Part shown: positions 8,176 through 17,222 of the stretch, piece after piece
Numbering within the stretch: position 1 is the first letter of the stretch
Layout: every line of letters starts with the position of its first letter
DNA from: a virus
Lineage: Duplodnaviria; Caudoviricetes
Virus record (IMG/VR): IMGVR_UViG_3300012930_000005
Location: 1-55,116 of that record
DNA: 55,116 bases
Direction: 5' to 3' (one strand)
The notes under the pieces: model-generated
The model's input: the letters and a program-made list of their open reading frames with translations, nothing else
The model's database searches: none
What the model was told of the DNA's origin: nothing
Position numbers and translations under genes: made by a program

Positions 8176-11100
8176 ATGAAATTCCGCATCATCTTTGCGT
8201 TACTGATGCTTTCGGTGTTTGGAGGAGTCGCACACTCCCAGGCACAGATTCGATACAACGGGTTGTGCTCGGCAAATGGTCTTCAGGTCACAACGCAAGG
8301 ATTGAAGTCTACCGGATACTTTGAATCTGCTTATCCCAGGTGCTTGGTGCGTGTCTTCGTTCACGGATCGAGCACGTTGGCGCCTATCACGACAAACGGG
8401 ACGGTACCCCTACCCAATCCATTCACGGCGGAAGCAGATGCCTCGTTCGCCTTCTATGCCTCGAATACCACTCACTACGACATCACGATGAGCGGTGCTG
8501 GCATGGTGACGACCACAATCTCTGATGTAGCGCTTCCGGGTGCTGGTGGTGGAGGTATCCTTCCACAGTCGGCCCCATTGCAGCCAGGTAACGCCCTGGG
8601 GAGCTACGACGCCACAACTGGACTGTTTACCTACACACCGGCCTCAGGAGGCGGAGGAGCCCCTGCAGGAAGCGTTCTGGACATACAAATCAAGAGCACA
8701 GCGACGACATTCGGGAATGTAGCTGGACTGGCGGCAATTCCGAACGGAGGTCTGGGAGTCGGTTTGAACAATCCTACGAACCCAGACCTTACCTTCGGGT
8801 ACTTCAGCGCCAAGAATCCGAACGGAAACTGCAACGTCAAGCTGTGGGACAGTAGCAGCACGTCCACGGGTAACGGGTTCAACAACGCGCTTGGAGCCGG
8901 TTGCAACAACCTGCAGCAGTTTCCAGACGACGTAAAGTCGGATGATCTACCGGCAGGACAGACTTACCCTGGACCGCAGGTATGGCAGCATCACGAAGGA
9001 CCAGGCTACAACTGGAACCAGTACTACAACTCGATTCTGGCGAAGAGAGAGCACTACAACCTGAGTACACGCATCTACCCTGATTCGGCCGGAACAGAGC
9101 AGATCACAGAAGACTTCGCACCAGGTTGGAACTTCGGCAACGTCTCGAACGTGACTGGAAACCTCTGGTCTACGACGAAGATGATGAACAGCGTCACCCA
9201 GTTCCTAAATGCCGGTATCAAACAGATGTGGGCAGGAGTGAACTTCTGTAACGGTGGAGGCGATTGCTCGACAAGCTACACCTACACTCACTGCAACGGA
9301 TGGACACCTGACGCCTCGGGTGAAGGTTGCGGAGGAAGCACGCAGCAAGTCTTCGAAGAGAACATTGATTACATCCGTGCGATCACCTCTTCTTCGACTC
9401 TGCCGGATGGATCTACGCAGATCATCTCGAACATCTTGGATGGAAACCCAGGAGCCCAGAGAATCGCTCTGAGCTTGGCAGCGATCAACGTTGTTGCTAT
9501 CGCGTCAGGAGAAACACCGTACAACGGGTTCACGGAGTACTCTCTGCAGTCAGGAACGTTGACCGGATCTGCTGGCATCTTGGCCGGTGTAGTGACTGCA
9601 ACGAACTCGGACTATGCGAACACGCAGACCTTCTACCGAAGCGATACGGCGACGATGGCGGTCGTCACAACAGCTATCCCAGTAGGAACTCAGTACGGAT
9701 GCGCGTTCGGATCATTCTTCAGCGAGAACGTAACCTTCACCGGGATAAGCAATCCTTCTGGAGGGAACCAGACCTTGACGTTTCGTCACCGATACCCATA
9801 CAACGGTCAGACGATGATGGCTGCTGGCAACTGCCAGTACTTGTCAATGTCTCTGGATGAGGGTGCGTACGGTCTACGCGAGTCGTTCCCGATGATATCA
9901 ATCGATGCGACTCACTTCGTATCGCAGCGCTATGGATATGGTTCTCACACACCGCTGACAAAGATCTTCCAGGTTGGCTCTGCAAAGCTTCCAGATCCAG
10001 CATTCCCCACGGTGGATGTACAGAGACTAGCGAACGGAGACACGTATGTAACGGTGAATCCGCAGGTAGCAGGTTCCTACGTACCAGGGACACAGCTCAC
10101 CACGTTCTGTTCGTCTGATTCATCCTTCAACGGACAGTTCACGGCCGCATTTGTATCACCCGTGGCCGACGCCGGTGGAAACTACTACATCCAATATCCG
10201 ACGAGCGCAACGAGCGTAGCGTCCTGCCCTGCAGCGAACGCAACCATCACTCTCTTCGGTCTGAACGGAGGTCACATCTACAACGGAGCTGAAGTCATCC
10301 ACGTAGACCTGAGCACCGGCCAGGACGTGTTGACGCTCGAACAGAACAGCACAGCATGGGTACCGGGTCAGCAGATCGACGTAGCGCATGGGATGAACCT
10401 CCAGATGCACAACGCAACGGATCAGACTACGCAGCTCTCGGTAGACTCTTCTGGCGGTAACAACGTGTTCACGCACTTCGTGAATGGAACCCAGGCACAG
10501 CTTGAACAGTGGGGCGGCATGAACGCTCTCGATCTAGCTCTGATGCGTGGTAACGGTGGACAGCGGCCGGTACCGAACTACATGGTGTTCCACATGCCCA
10601 TCAACAACCTCTTCAACGTGGTTGATTCACCGGACCACGGGTCTACGAAGTTCATCTTCGCTTGCTATGGATTCACCAGCGATCTAGCAACGAACTGCGG
10701 TAGGACACCAGACTTCAACCTCTTCAACTTCGAAGGTAAGGCGGCGAACGGAAACCTGGTTGGTACGACGATGACCTTCTCCCCGTCAACGTCCAGGTTC
10801 GCAATCAGAGCGCAGCTCATGGACTTCTCTTCTACGAACTTCCAGGTGGACGAAAACGTCGGCGTAAAGATCGTTCTCCCACCGACTGCCGTCAACACTG
10901 TACCTCTCACGTTGACGAGTCAGCAGACGAATGCAGGTAATGCCGGTATCAGCATGACGTTGAGTGCAGAGCACGACTTGCTGATGGGATACTTCGGACC
11001 TGGCAATGGAGCAGGGCTCGCAGGGACATACGGATTCTTCGATCAGAACAACCAGTGGTTCTCATGGAACTCGAATCAACTTAGTGATTTCTGTTTGGGT

Positions 11101-11334
11101 ACACCGTTGTCAGGTGGTAACGTAGCAGCTTGCACGGGCGCTCCGTGGATCTTCAACAAGTCTGCGAACACTACAACGCTCACTGGAACGTTGGCCGCAG
11201 GAACAGCAGTTACAGCCCCGAATCTGATCCAAGTTACGAGTGCAGTACAGCCGAGCGGTTGCTCGCTAACTGCAGGAAAGTTCGTTCAGGCAACCATCAA
11301 CGGAGTGTCTGTAAACATACCGGTGTGCAACTAA
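8176..11334 (+). CDS. Large tail spike/fibre-like protein with N-terminal signal peptide (1052 aa)
   Basis: Start MKFRIIFALLMLSVFGGVAHS|Q; spike N-domain motif PLPNPFTA..FAFYA..HYD; T/S/G/N-rich, many Cys. Confidence 0.75.
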   Translation: MKFRIIFALLMLSVFGGVAHSQAQIRYNGLCSANGLQVTTQGLKSTGYFESAYPRCLVRVFVHGSSTLAPITTNGTVPLPNPFTAEADASFAFYASNTTHYDITMSGAGMVTTTISDVALPGAGGGGILPQSAPLQPGNALGSYDATTGLFTYTPASGGGGAPAGSVLDIQIKSTATTFGNVAGLAAIPNGGLGVGLNNPTNPDLTFGYFSAKNPNGNCNVKLWDSSSTSTGNGFNNALGAGCNNLQQFPDDVKSDDLPAGQTYPGPQVWQHHEGPGYNWNQYYNSILAKREHYNLSTRIYPDSAGTEQITEDFAPGWNFGNVSNVTGNLWSTTKMMNSVTQFLNAGIKQMWAGVNFCNGGGDCSTSYTYTHCNGWTPDASGEGCGGSTQQVFEENIDYIRAITSSSTLPDGSTQIISNILDGNPGAQRIALSLAAINVVAIASGETPYNGFTEYSLQSGTLTGSAGILAGVVTATNSDYANTQTFYRSDTATMAVVTTAIPVGTQYGCAFGSFFSENVTFTGISNPSGGNQTLTFRHRYPYNGQTMMAAGNCQYLSMSLDEGAYGLRESFPMISIDATHFVSQRYGYGSHTPLTKIFQVGSAKLPDPAFPTVDVQRLANGDTYVTVNPQVAGSYVPGTQLTTFCSSDSSFNGQFTAAFVSPVADAGGNYYIQYPTSATSVASCPAANATITLFGLNGGHIYNGAEVIHVDLSTGQDVLTLEQNSTAWVPGQQIDVAHGMNLQMHNATDQTTQLSVDSSGGNNVFTHFVNGTQAQLEQWGGMNALDLALMRGNGGQRPVPNYMVFHMPINNLFNVVDSPDHGSTKFIFACYGFTSDLATNCGRTPDFNLFNFEGKAANGNLVGTTMTFSPSTSRFAIRAQLMDFSSTNFQVDENVGVKIVLPPTAVNTVPLTLTSQQTNAGNAGISMTLSAEHDLLMGYFGPGNGAGLAGTYGFFDQNNQWFSWNSNQLSDFCLGTPLSGGNVAACTGAPWIFNKSANTTTLTGTLAAGTAVTAPNLIQVTSAVQPSGCSLTAGKFVQATINGVSVNIPVCN

Positions 11335-12779
11335 TGAAGAAGCTCCTACAATTCGCGTTCCTGATCACCTTCTCTTCCCTGTGTTATGCCCAGAACTTGA
11401 ACTACAACGGAAGCTGCAGCCAGGGCTCAGTCAAAGCTCTTACCAGTGGTTCTCCATCATCGAACTACCTCCAAAGCGCTGTACCGGGATGCTTGGTTAG
11501 CGTATACGTCCATAGTTCACAGGTACTAGCGGCGATCTTTATCGAAGATGGAACGCCGAAACCGAATCCCTTTACCGCACAGAGCAACGCTGCGTTCAAC
11601 TTCTACGCATCGTCTAATTCGCACTACGACGTAACGATGCGAGCGTCTGGGATGACGACCACGACACTCACAGATGTCTCGCTAGGATCTGGAGGAGCTG
11701 GAGGTTCAGTTACGAGCGTGAGCGGTGGCGTAGGTGGTGGCATGACGGTGAACGTAGCTAATCCCACCACAACGCCTAACATCACAGTTGCCGCAGATGG
11801 TAGTCACTACATCCCGAACACCGGCGACGTGTCGAATTGGAATGGCAAGGTGAATCGTACTGGCGATACGATGACGGGACCGCTGAACATAGCAGCCTTC
11901 CCAGTCAATTCGACGGAAGTAACGAACAAGAACTATGTGGATACGCTGAACGCACAGGCTCAAGCTGCAGCGGCCGCAGCTCAGGCAACAGCGAATGCAG
12001 CTCAACCACAGTCACAAAAGAACCAGGTGAATGGATATGCAGGACTGGATGCAACAGCTCGCGTACCACGCGCCTTCCTTCCCAACGCTATCGCATACAC
12101 CGATACAGCGAACGCATTCAGTCAAAGCCAGTCGATAACAGGAAACCTCTCTGCATCGGGAGATGTGAAAGGTGGAACAGTTTCAGGTGGAGCGCTTGGG
12201 AACGTTAGGATGATGAACACTCCTATCGGGACTGCTATAAGCTGTTTGACGCTGAACGGATCGTGCTCTACCGCAGGTGTTGGTGCAGTAGGTTTGATCT
12301 ACAACAACACGGTTCCGAATGATCTTGTACTCGCCTATGGAGTGTCAGGACATCTATCGATTCAAAATAACGGAGTCGGAGCGGTCAATCAATTTATCTT
12401 CGACAGTGTAGGAAACCTGACTATACCTGGCGTTGTTGGTGGAGGATTCATTTCTTCCGGTACGACTACCGGACCTATCGCCATCTCCGCTTTCAACTGT
12501 GGACCGGGAAACCAGAACTGCAGGAATTACACCGGACAGTTCACAACCCAATTCAACGGTACCGGCGCTGCAGGGCAGGTAGGTACGATCACGTTCGCTC
12601 CAGCAGCACTCAGTACACAGATGTGTCTGGTGAACGGAGTCACGAGCACTCCGAATATCGCAGCGCTCGATATAGCTGTGTCTGGAACCACGAATACCGT
12701 TTATACGTTCAACCTCGTCAACGGAGCGGCAAACACTGCAGGGGCAATCCTTACCGTAAAGTACATCTGTTCGTTCTAG
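11334..12779 (+). CDS. Tail fibre-like protein with signal peptide (481 aa)
   Basis: MKKLLQFAFLITFSSLCYA|Q; N-domain paralogous to 8176; fibre motifs GDTMTGPL, TNKNYVD, NGYAGLD; TAATG coupling. Confidence 0.78.
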   Translation: MKKLLQFAFLITFSSLCYAQNLNYNGSCSQGSVKALTSGSPSSNYLQSAVPGCLVSVYVHSSQVLAAIFIEDGTPKPNPFTAQSNAAFNFYASSNSHYDVTMRASGMTTTTLTDVSLGSGGAGGSVTSVSGGVGGGMTVNVANPTTTPNITVAADGSHYIPNTGDVSNWNGKVNRTGDTMTGPLNIAAFPVNSTEVTNKNYVDTLNAQAQAAAAAAQATANAAQPQSQKNQVNGYAGLDATARVPRAFLPNAIAYTDTANAFSQSQSITGNLSASGDVKGGTVSGGALGNVRMMNTPIGTAISCLTLNGSCSTAGVGAVGLIYNNTVPNDLVLAYGVSGHLSIQNNGVGAVNQFIFDSVGNLTIPGVVGGGFISSGTTTGPIAISAFNCGPGNQNCRNYTGQFTTQFNGTGAAGQVGTITFAPAALSTQMCLVNGVTSTPNIAALDIAVSGTTNTVYTFNLVNGAANTAGAILTVKYICSF

Positions 12780-12805
12780 AGCATCTGAAGTTATAGGGAA
12801 TCGAC

Positions 12806-14440
12806 ATGAATATAAAAAATACAATACGATGCACACTTCTTCTCTTATTCGGCGGTCTGGAAAGTTACGCGCAGAGCAATCCTAAGCCAGCAGGAGCATA
12901 CATCAACGCTGGTGCAGGATGGACACCATTACTCGGTACAGCAACAGCCGGAGCGATCACGTATAACCCTGTACCTACAGCTTTGTTCATCTACAACACC
13001 AGCTTGGCTAAATGGGTTCCTTGGGATGGAACGAGCAGTGGTGGAGGAGGCACAGGGACAGTAACGAGTGTCTCTGCCACCGGTAATGCATTGGTGGCGG
13101 TGAACGTCACCGACCCAACGACGACACCATTGATTGTATTGACGCTTCCGAACCAAAACGCCAATAGCGTTTTCGGGAACTTTACAGGATCGAGCGCGGT
13201 TCCTACTTTTTCGTCTACCCCGCAATTCAACGGCGCAAATATCACCGGTTTGAACTTCACTCAAATCGGCGGCTCGGCCTCTATTGCACAGCTCCCGGCC
13301 ACGGTAATCCAGACAGTGGGAACTGCTACTGCCAATGTGATTCTCAAGCGAACCACTAGCAATACTGCGACCGACTCATCCTTGACAGACAACGGGACAA
13401 CCATAACGACGACTGAGGCTATAAATGCAGGAGCGGTAGCTACCACTGGCAACATCACGGCGCAAGGAACGGTGAACTCTACAGCCAACACAAGTCCGGC
13501 AAGTATCACAAACTCCGGTGTGGCCCTATCGGCATCTCCTACGGTTGCCGATGTTGTCTATTACGATGCAAGTCGAACTACGAATAACCACGTTGCAGAC
13601 GCTCTCTGGTTGAGTGGTTCATATTCGCTTCGATTCAAAAGCGATGACCAAGCCAGTGCAACTACCTTCTTCGCGGCTGCAGGCGGTCAGGCATCTGGCA
13701 TAACAGGTATCACCTCAAGTAGCGGCACAGGAACGTGGACGCACACTGGACCGTTTACGGCTACAGGGAACATCACAGCACCATCCTTCATCGGCAACGC
13801 TTCGTCAGCTACGAACCTACCTGGTGGGCTCCTGGGCTCCATGCCCTATCAGTCGGCCGCGTCAACTACTGCAATGCTCGCTGGAAGCACCTCTTCAGCG
13901 ATTGCAGTGCTCACTCAGCAAGGCAACGGAACGATCAGTGCAATTCCAGCATGGAACGCTGCTACCGGAACAGGTTTGGTAGTATTCGCAACTTCACCAA
14001 CCATCGCAACACCTACGCTTACAGGAACCACGAACAGTGGACCGATAACAGCGAACGGAGCCCTGACGACAAACCTGAGCTTGGTATCCACTCGGGCGAC
14101 CGGCACAGCTCCTCTGACCGTAACCTCCGTCACTCCAGTAGCGAATATGGTAGTGGCGAAACATCCAACCGCTCTGTATTGCGGAACGGCAGCGGCTTGT
14201 ACCGCAACCGCCGCACTCAACAGTCAGATGGTCTATGGATCAGCCACACTCACAACTGGAGCGGTAACAGTCACGGGAATATCACCAGCGTTCGCAGATA
14301 CAGCGTATATCTGCACGGTTACTTCGAAGACAACATCTAGCGCAGCAATCTTCAATGTACAAAACGTATCGACATCCTCTTTCACCATCAACGGGAGCGG
14401 TTCCGCTGGTGACGTAGTAGGTTACATTTGCGTTCGTTGA
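12806..14440 (+). CDS. Tail fibre-like Thr/Ala/Gly-rich protein with signal peptide
   Basis: MNIKNTIRCTLLLLFGGLESYA|Q; fibre repeats (TGTGLVVFATSPTI); C-terminus VGYICVR. Confidence 0.72.
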   Translation: MNIKNTIRCTLLLLFGGLESYAQSNPKPAGAYINAGAGWTPLLGTATAGAITYNPVPTALFIYNTSLAKWVPWDGTSSGGGGTGTVTSVSATGNALVAVNVTDPTTTPLIVLTLPNQNANSVFGNFTGSSAVPTFSSTPQFNGANITGLNFTQIGGSASIAQLPATVIQTVGTATANVILKRTTSNTATDSSLTDNGTTITTTEAINAGAVATTGNITAQGTVNSTANTSPASITNSGVALSASPTVADVVYYDASRTTNNHVADALWLSGSYSLRFKSDDQASATTFFAAAGGQASGITGITSSSGTGTWTHTGPFTATGNITAPSFIGNASSATNLPGGLLGSMPYQSAASTTAMLAGSTSSAIAVLTQQGNGTISAIPAWNAATGTGLVVFATSPTIATPTLTGTTNSGPITANGALTTNLSLVSTRATGTAPLTVTSVTPVANMVVAKHPTALYCGTAAACTATAALNSQMVYGSATLTTGAVTVTGISPAFADTAYICTVTSKTTSSAAIFNVQNVSTSSFTINGSGSAGDVVGYICVR

Positions 14441-14461
14441 CAAAGTACGACGGGGCACAAC

Positions 14462-14803
14462 ATGAAAAACCGAATCTTACTGAGTATTTGCATCATCATT
14501 ATCTACGCCTTGGGTCGAATAGCTTTCCGTCCACTGGAGAAGGTCTTAGCTGACTCTCCGAACGCGGATCTAGTAGGCTCTCTCACGGTAGCCTCTGGAG
14601 CGACAACAGCAGCAACACCATATACGTTCGCTCATGCTGGAACACACATATGCGTGATATCAACACAGACGGCGACAGCGAGCGTTCTTTCTGCATCTGG
14701 ACCGCTCGTACCGCAAGTAACATCAACGACTCTCAATGTTCAATTTGCTAACGCCGTGGCATCAGCTACGGTCGTGGGGTATATCTGTCATGGAACGTTC
14801 TAG
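14462..14803 (+). CDS. Small exported fibre-tip-like domain protein
   Basis: N-terminal hydrophobic leader; C-terminal VGYICHGTF similar to the 12806 C-terminus. Confidence 0.68.
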   Translation: MKNRILLSICIIIIYALGRIAFRPLEKVLADSPNADLVGSLTVASGATTAATPYTFAHAGTHICVISTQTATASVLSASGPLVPQVTSTTLNVQFANAVASATVVGYICHGTF

Positions 14804-15725
14804 ACTTATCAAAATCTCGGTTGGTTTCATCTTCTTCGCGTTCGCTCTCGCGCTCACGATACCCCTCCATTCACAGCAAGGTATTCTCAGTACTCGAACC
14901 ATCGGAAGCATCGGCGTAAATGCCGGTCAGCCTGTCTACAGCGTTGCTTGCACGACGAGCGTCTACCTCTGCGTTATACCGACAGATGGAACCCAGGCCT
15001 CTGCTGGTCTAGCGCTCGATACAGGTAATCCTGGCGAGCTCACAACCATCGTGACCTACGGACGTGCTCCGTGTGTCTATGACAACACCCCGATTCAAGG
15101 AAACATCGCTATCGTCGGTAATGGGGTTTGCCACGACAGTGGATTTACGAACCTCGCCAACATCTCGAACACACAGCTTGTATCAGGGAAGATCCTTCAA
15201 GTTCTGAGCCCCACCACGGCGCTCACGAACTTCCTCTGCCCTGGTTGTACAGGGAACCTGATCGAAGTCTCAACGATCAAACAGGCAGATCTGACAACGT
15301 ATATTCAGGCACACCAGCTTACGAGTGCCGGTCCTACTGGGCCAACGGGTGCGACAGGTGCTACTGGAGCAACTGGAACTACCGGCGCAACGGGTCCAGC
15401 GGGAGTCCTTTACTACAACTCGGCCGGTGCAGTAGCGAATATGAAGTGCTTCAATTCGGGAGCGTTCACTACCACCACATCAGGAACCTGGACGATGAGC
15501 TTCTCAGCCGCCAGCATAACTACGATTCGGAAGGTGAATGCGATGCCTATTTCACCGGCGACAACCAACGCCACGGATCAATATGTCGCCATCGTGAATC
15601 CAATCTCAGGATCTACTATTTCAGGCAAGGTTGTGTCTGGAACAGGAATCCTCTTACTCGGAGCTTCTTCGCTTATTCCGATAACGGTCGCTGCTACCAT
15701 TTATGTGGAAGTTTGCGGGACGTAA
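14790..15725 (+). CDS. Collagen-repeat fibre protein with signal peptide
   Basis: MERSRLIKISVGFIFFAFALALTIPLHS|QQ; eight GXY triplets at 15330-15404; Cys pairs. Confidence 0.72.
   Translation: MERSRLIKISVGFIFFAFALALTIPLHSQQGILSTRTIGSIGVNAGQPVYSVACTTSVYLCVIPTDGTQASAGLALDTGNPGELTTIVTYGRAPCVYDNTPIQGNIAIVGNGVCHDSGFTNLANISNTQLVSGKILQVLSPTTALTNFLCPGCTGNLIEVSTIKQADLTTYIQAHQLTSAGPTGPTGATGATGATGTTGATGPAGVLYYNSAGAVANMKCFNSGAFTTTTSGTWTMSFSAASITTIRKVNAMPISPATTNATDQYVAIVNPISGSTISGKVVSGTGILLLGASSLIPITVAATIYVEVCGT
15330..15404 (+). repeat. Collagen-like Gly-X-Y repeat
   Basis: GPTGPTGATGATGATGTTGATGPAG. Confidence 0.9.
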
Positions 15726-15803
15726 AACTGGAGTCTCTTGTTACACTTTGCGTAAAAGAACAATCTCCGCAGTAGAGCAAAATTACGGAATGGGGCCATT
15801 GCC

Positions 15804-16091
15804 TTGGCAAATTCAGAGAATCCTTCTATCGGCGAAATTCTCACGCGGCTTGGTGATCTAGAGGTTGAACAGGCCACTTTCGCAGCTCATCAGGAATGGG
15901 CGACCGGGAGAATAAAGAAGCATGACAAGGATCTCTACGAGGGTAATGGTTTGCCAGCTATAACTCAAAGGCTGTCAACCCTGGAGATGATCGCAGGGAT
16001 GGCTAAAGCTATGGTGGGACTCGCAGCGCTGAATACGATTGCGCTGTTCGTGTTCCTTTTCAAATTCTGGGTGAGTAAAGGGGGGAAGTAA
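15804..16091 (+). CDS. Holin-like protein (coiled-coil plus C-terminal TM helix)
   Basis: TTG start; single C-terminal TM segment; upstream of the endolysin. Confidence 0.5.
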   Translation: MANSENPSIGEILTRLGDLEVEQATFAAHQEWATGRIKKHDKDLYEGNGLPAITQRLSTLEMIAGMAKAMVGLAALNTIALFVFLFKFWVSKGGK

Positions 16092-16104
16092 TCCCCCCTC
16101 TCTT
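16078..16104. terminator. Hairpin between convergent genes, probably a bidirectional terminator
   Basis: gggggg-aagtaat-cccccc, preceded by aaa and followed by tctctt. Confidence 0.55.
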
Positions 16105-16105
16105 G

Positions 16106-16246
16106 CTACCCACCGTGACCAGGTCGCGGTGTTGGTTCGCCGGAATCGTCGGCTGTTGCGGCGGTAGAAGACTCGTCCGTTTCGCACTCTTCTGCGTCAA
16201 CTTCCTTCTCTTCTTCAGGCTTGTGCTCGTGCTCGTGCTTACTCAT
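16106..16246 (-). CDS. Small acidic peptide (46 aa) ending DDSGEPTPRPGHGG
   Basis: RBS aaagga; ATGAGTAA overlap with the stop of the upstream membrane-protein gene. Confidence 0.72.
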   Translation of the reverse strand: MSKHEHEHKPEEEKEVDAEECETDESSTAATADDSGEPTPRPGHGG

Positions 16247-16685
16247 ATTGTTGGTCCTTTCCGGGCTTGATAAATAGGAAAGCCGCTGTCCAGAGGATAA
16301 AGCAAGCAAGGTTGAAAAGGTTCAACACCTCATGACCTTGCTGGAATGTATCGTCTGTGACGAAGTGTTTGGAGAGATAGACAACGAGCTTCATCACCAG
16401 GAAAGCAACCATCGGAATCCAGACGTACCAGATATCCTGCTTTCTGCATTCCCAGATAGCAACCATGTAAAGAGCGATGTTTATGATGCCGATGGTGAAC
16501 ACCGCGGTGAAGTATTCCCAAGATCCTCTCCCGTAAACGGACAGGATTCCGATGAAGAAAACAGTCTCCATCAGATCTGCAAGGATCACGGCCGGAAAGC
16601 TCAGGAGCCTCCAGCGACGACGGTACAGCGTGAGCAGGATTACGAAGTGCAGAATATTTACTAATGCCCAGAGTGCATTATCCAT
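16239..16685 (-). CDS. Polytopic membrane protein (about 5 TM, 148 aa), antisense within the lysis module
   Basis: MDNALWALVNILHFVILL...; several hydrophobic helices; TATCAT 6 nt upstream of the ATG (leaderless-type start). Confidence 0.78.
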   Translation of the reverse strand: MDNALWALVNILHFVILLTLYRRRWRLLSFPAVILADLMETVFFIGILSVYGRGSWEYFTAVFTIGIINIALYMVAIWECRKQDIWYVWIPMVAFLVMKLVVYLSKHFVTDDTFQQGHEVLNLFNLACFILWTAAFLFIKPGKDQQYE

Positions 16686-16715
16686 GCGAAGATGATAGTT
16701 GAAGCGGGGAAGAAA

Positions 16716-17222
16716 ATGGATATTACCAGCGAAACTCGTTTGTCGCAAGTTGACCCTGTTCTGGAGAAGAAGGTTCACATTGCGGTCGCACAGATCGCTC
16801 TCGAACACGGTATTGAGGTTCATGTTGCACAAGCTCTCCGTTCTGTAGCGGACCAGGATGCGCTCTACGCCAAGGGAAGGACGGTACTCAAAGATGCAAG
16901 CGGGAAGGCAGTCCATATCGTCACGTACGCGAGAGGCGGATACAGCTCGCACAACTTCGGTTTGGCAGTCGATCTTGTCCCAGGGGTACTTGGCAAGATC
17001 GTTTGGACTCCCAACTGGGACTCCGAAGATCCAGCCTATGGGTATATGGCAAGCGCTTGCAAAGCCGCAGGGTTGAAGTGGGGCGGTGACTGGATAGGAA
17101 AAAAGAAAGACTTGCCTCACTTCTACATCGGACCGGACACCCCAACTGATCTAATGCGTCTAGCCCTGAACGTCCACGGTTTGCAGTATGTGTGGGACCA
17201 GGTAGCGGCAGGGACTTACTAA
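16716..17222 (+). CDS. Endolysin, M15-family L-Ala-D-Glu peptidase
   Basis: RS..DQDALYAKGRT, SSHNFGLAVD, WGGDW...DLPHF motifs. Confidence 0.9.
   Translation: MDITSETRLSQVDPVLEKKVHIAVAQIALEHGIEVHVAQALRSVADQDALYAKGRTVLKDASGKAVHIVTYARGGYSSHNFGLAVDLVPGVLGKIVWTPNWDSEDPAYGYMASACKAAGLKWGGDWIGKKKDLPHFYIGPDTPTDLMRLALNVHGLQYVWDQVAAGTY

Noticed and set aside
8176-15725. Diversity-generating retroelement or invertible fibre cassette
   Set aside because: No reverse transcriptase, no near-identical TR/VR pair and no inverted crossover sites seen; all fibre genes are on one strand
16686-17120. Long N-terminal extension of the 293-aa minus-strand ORF
   Set aside because: It is the antisense shadow of the endolysin; the membrane protein plausibly starts at 16685
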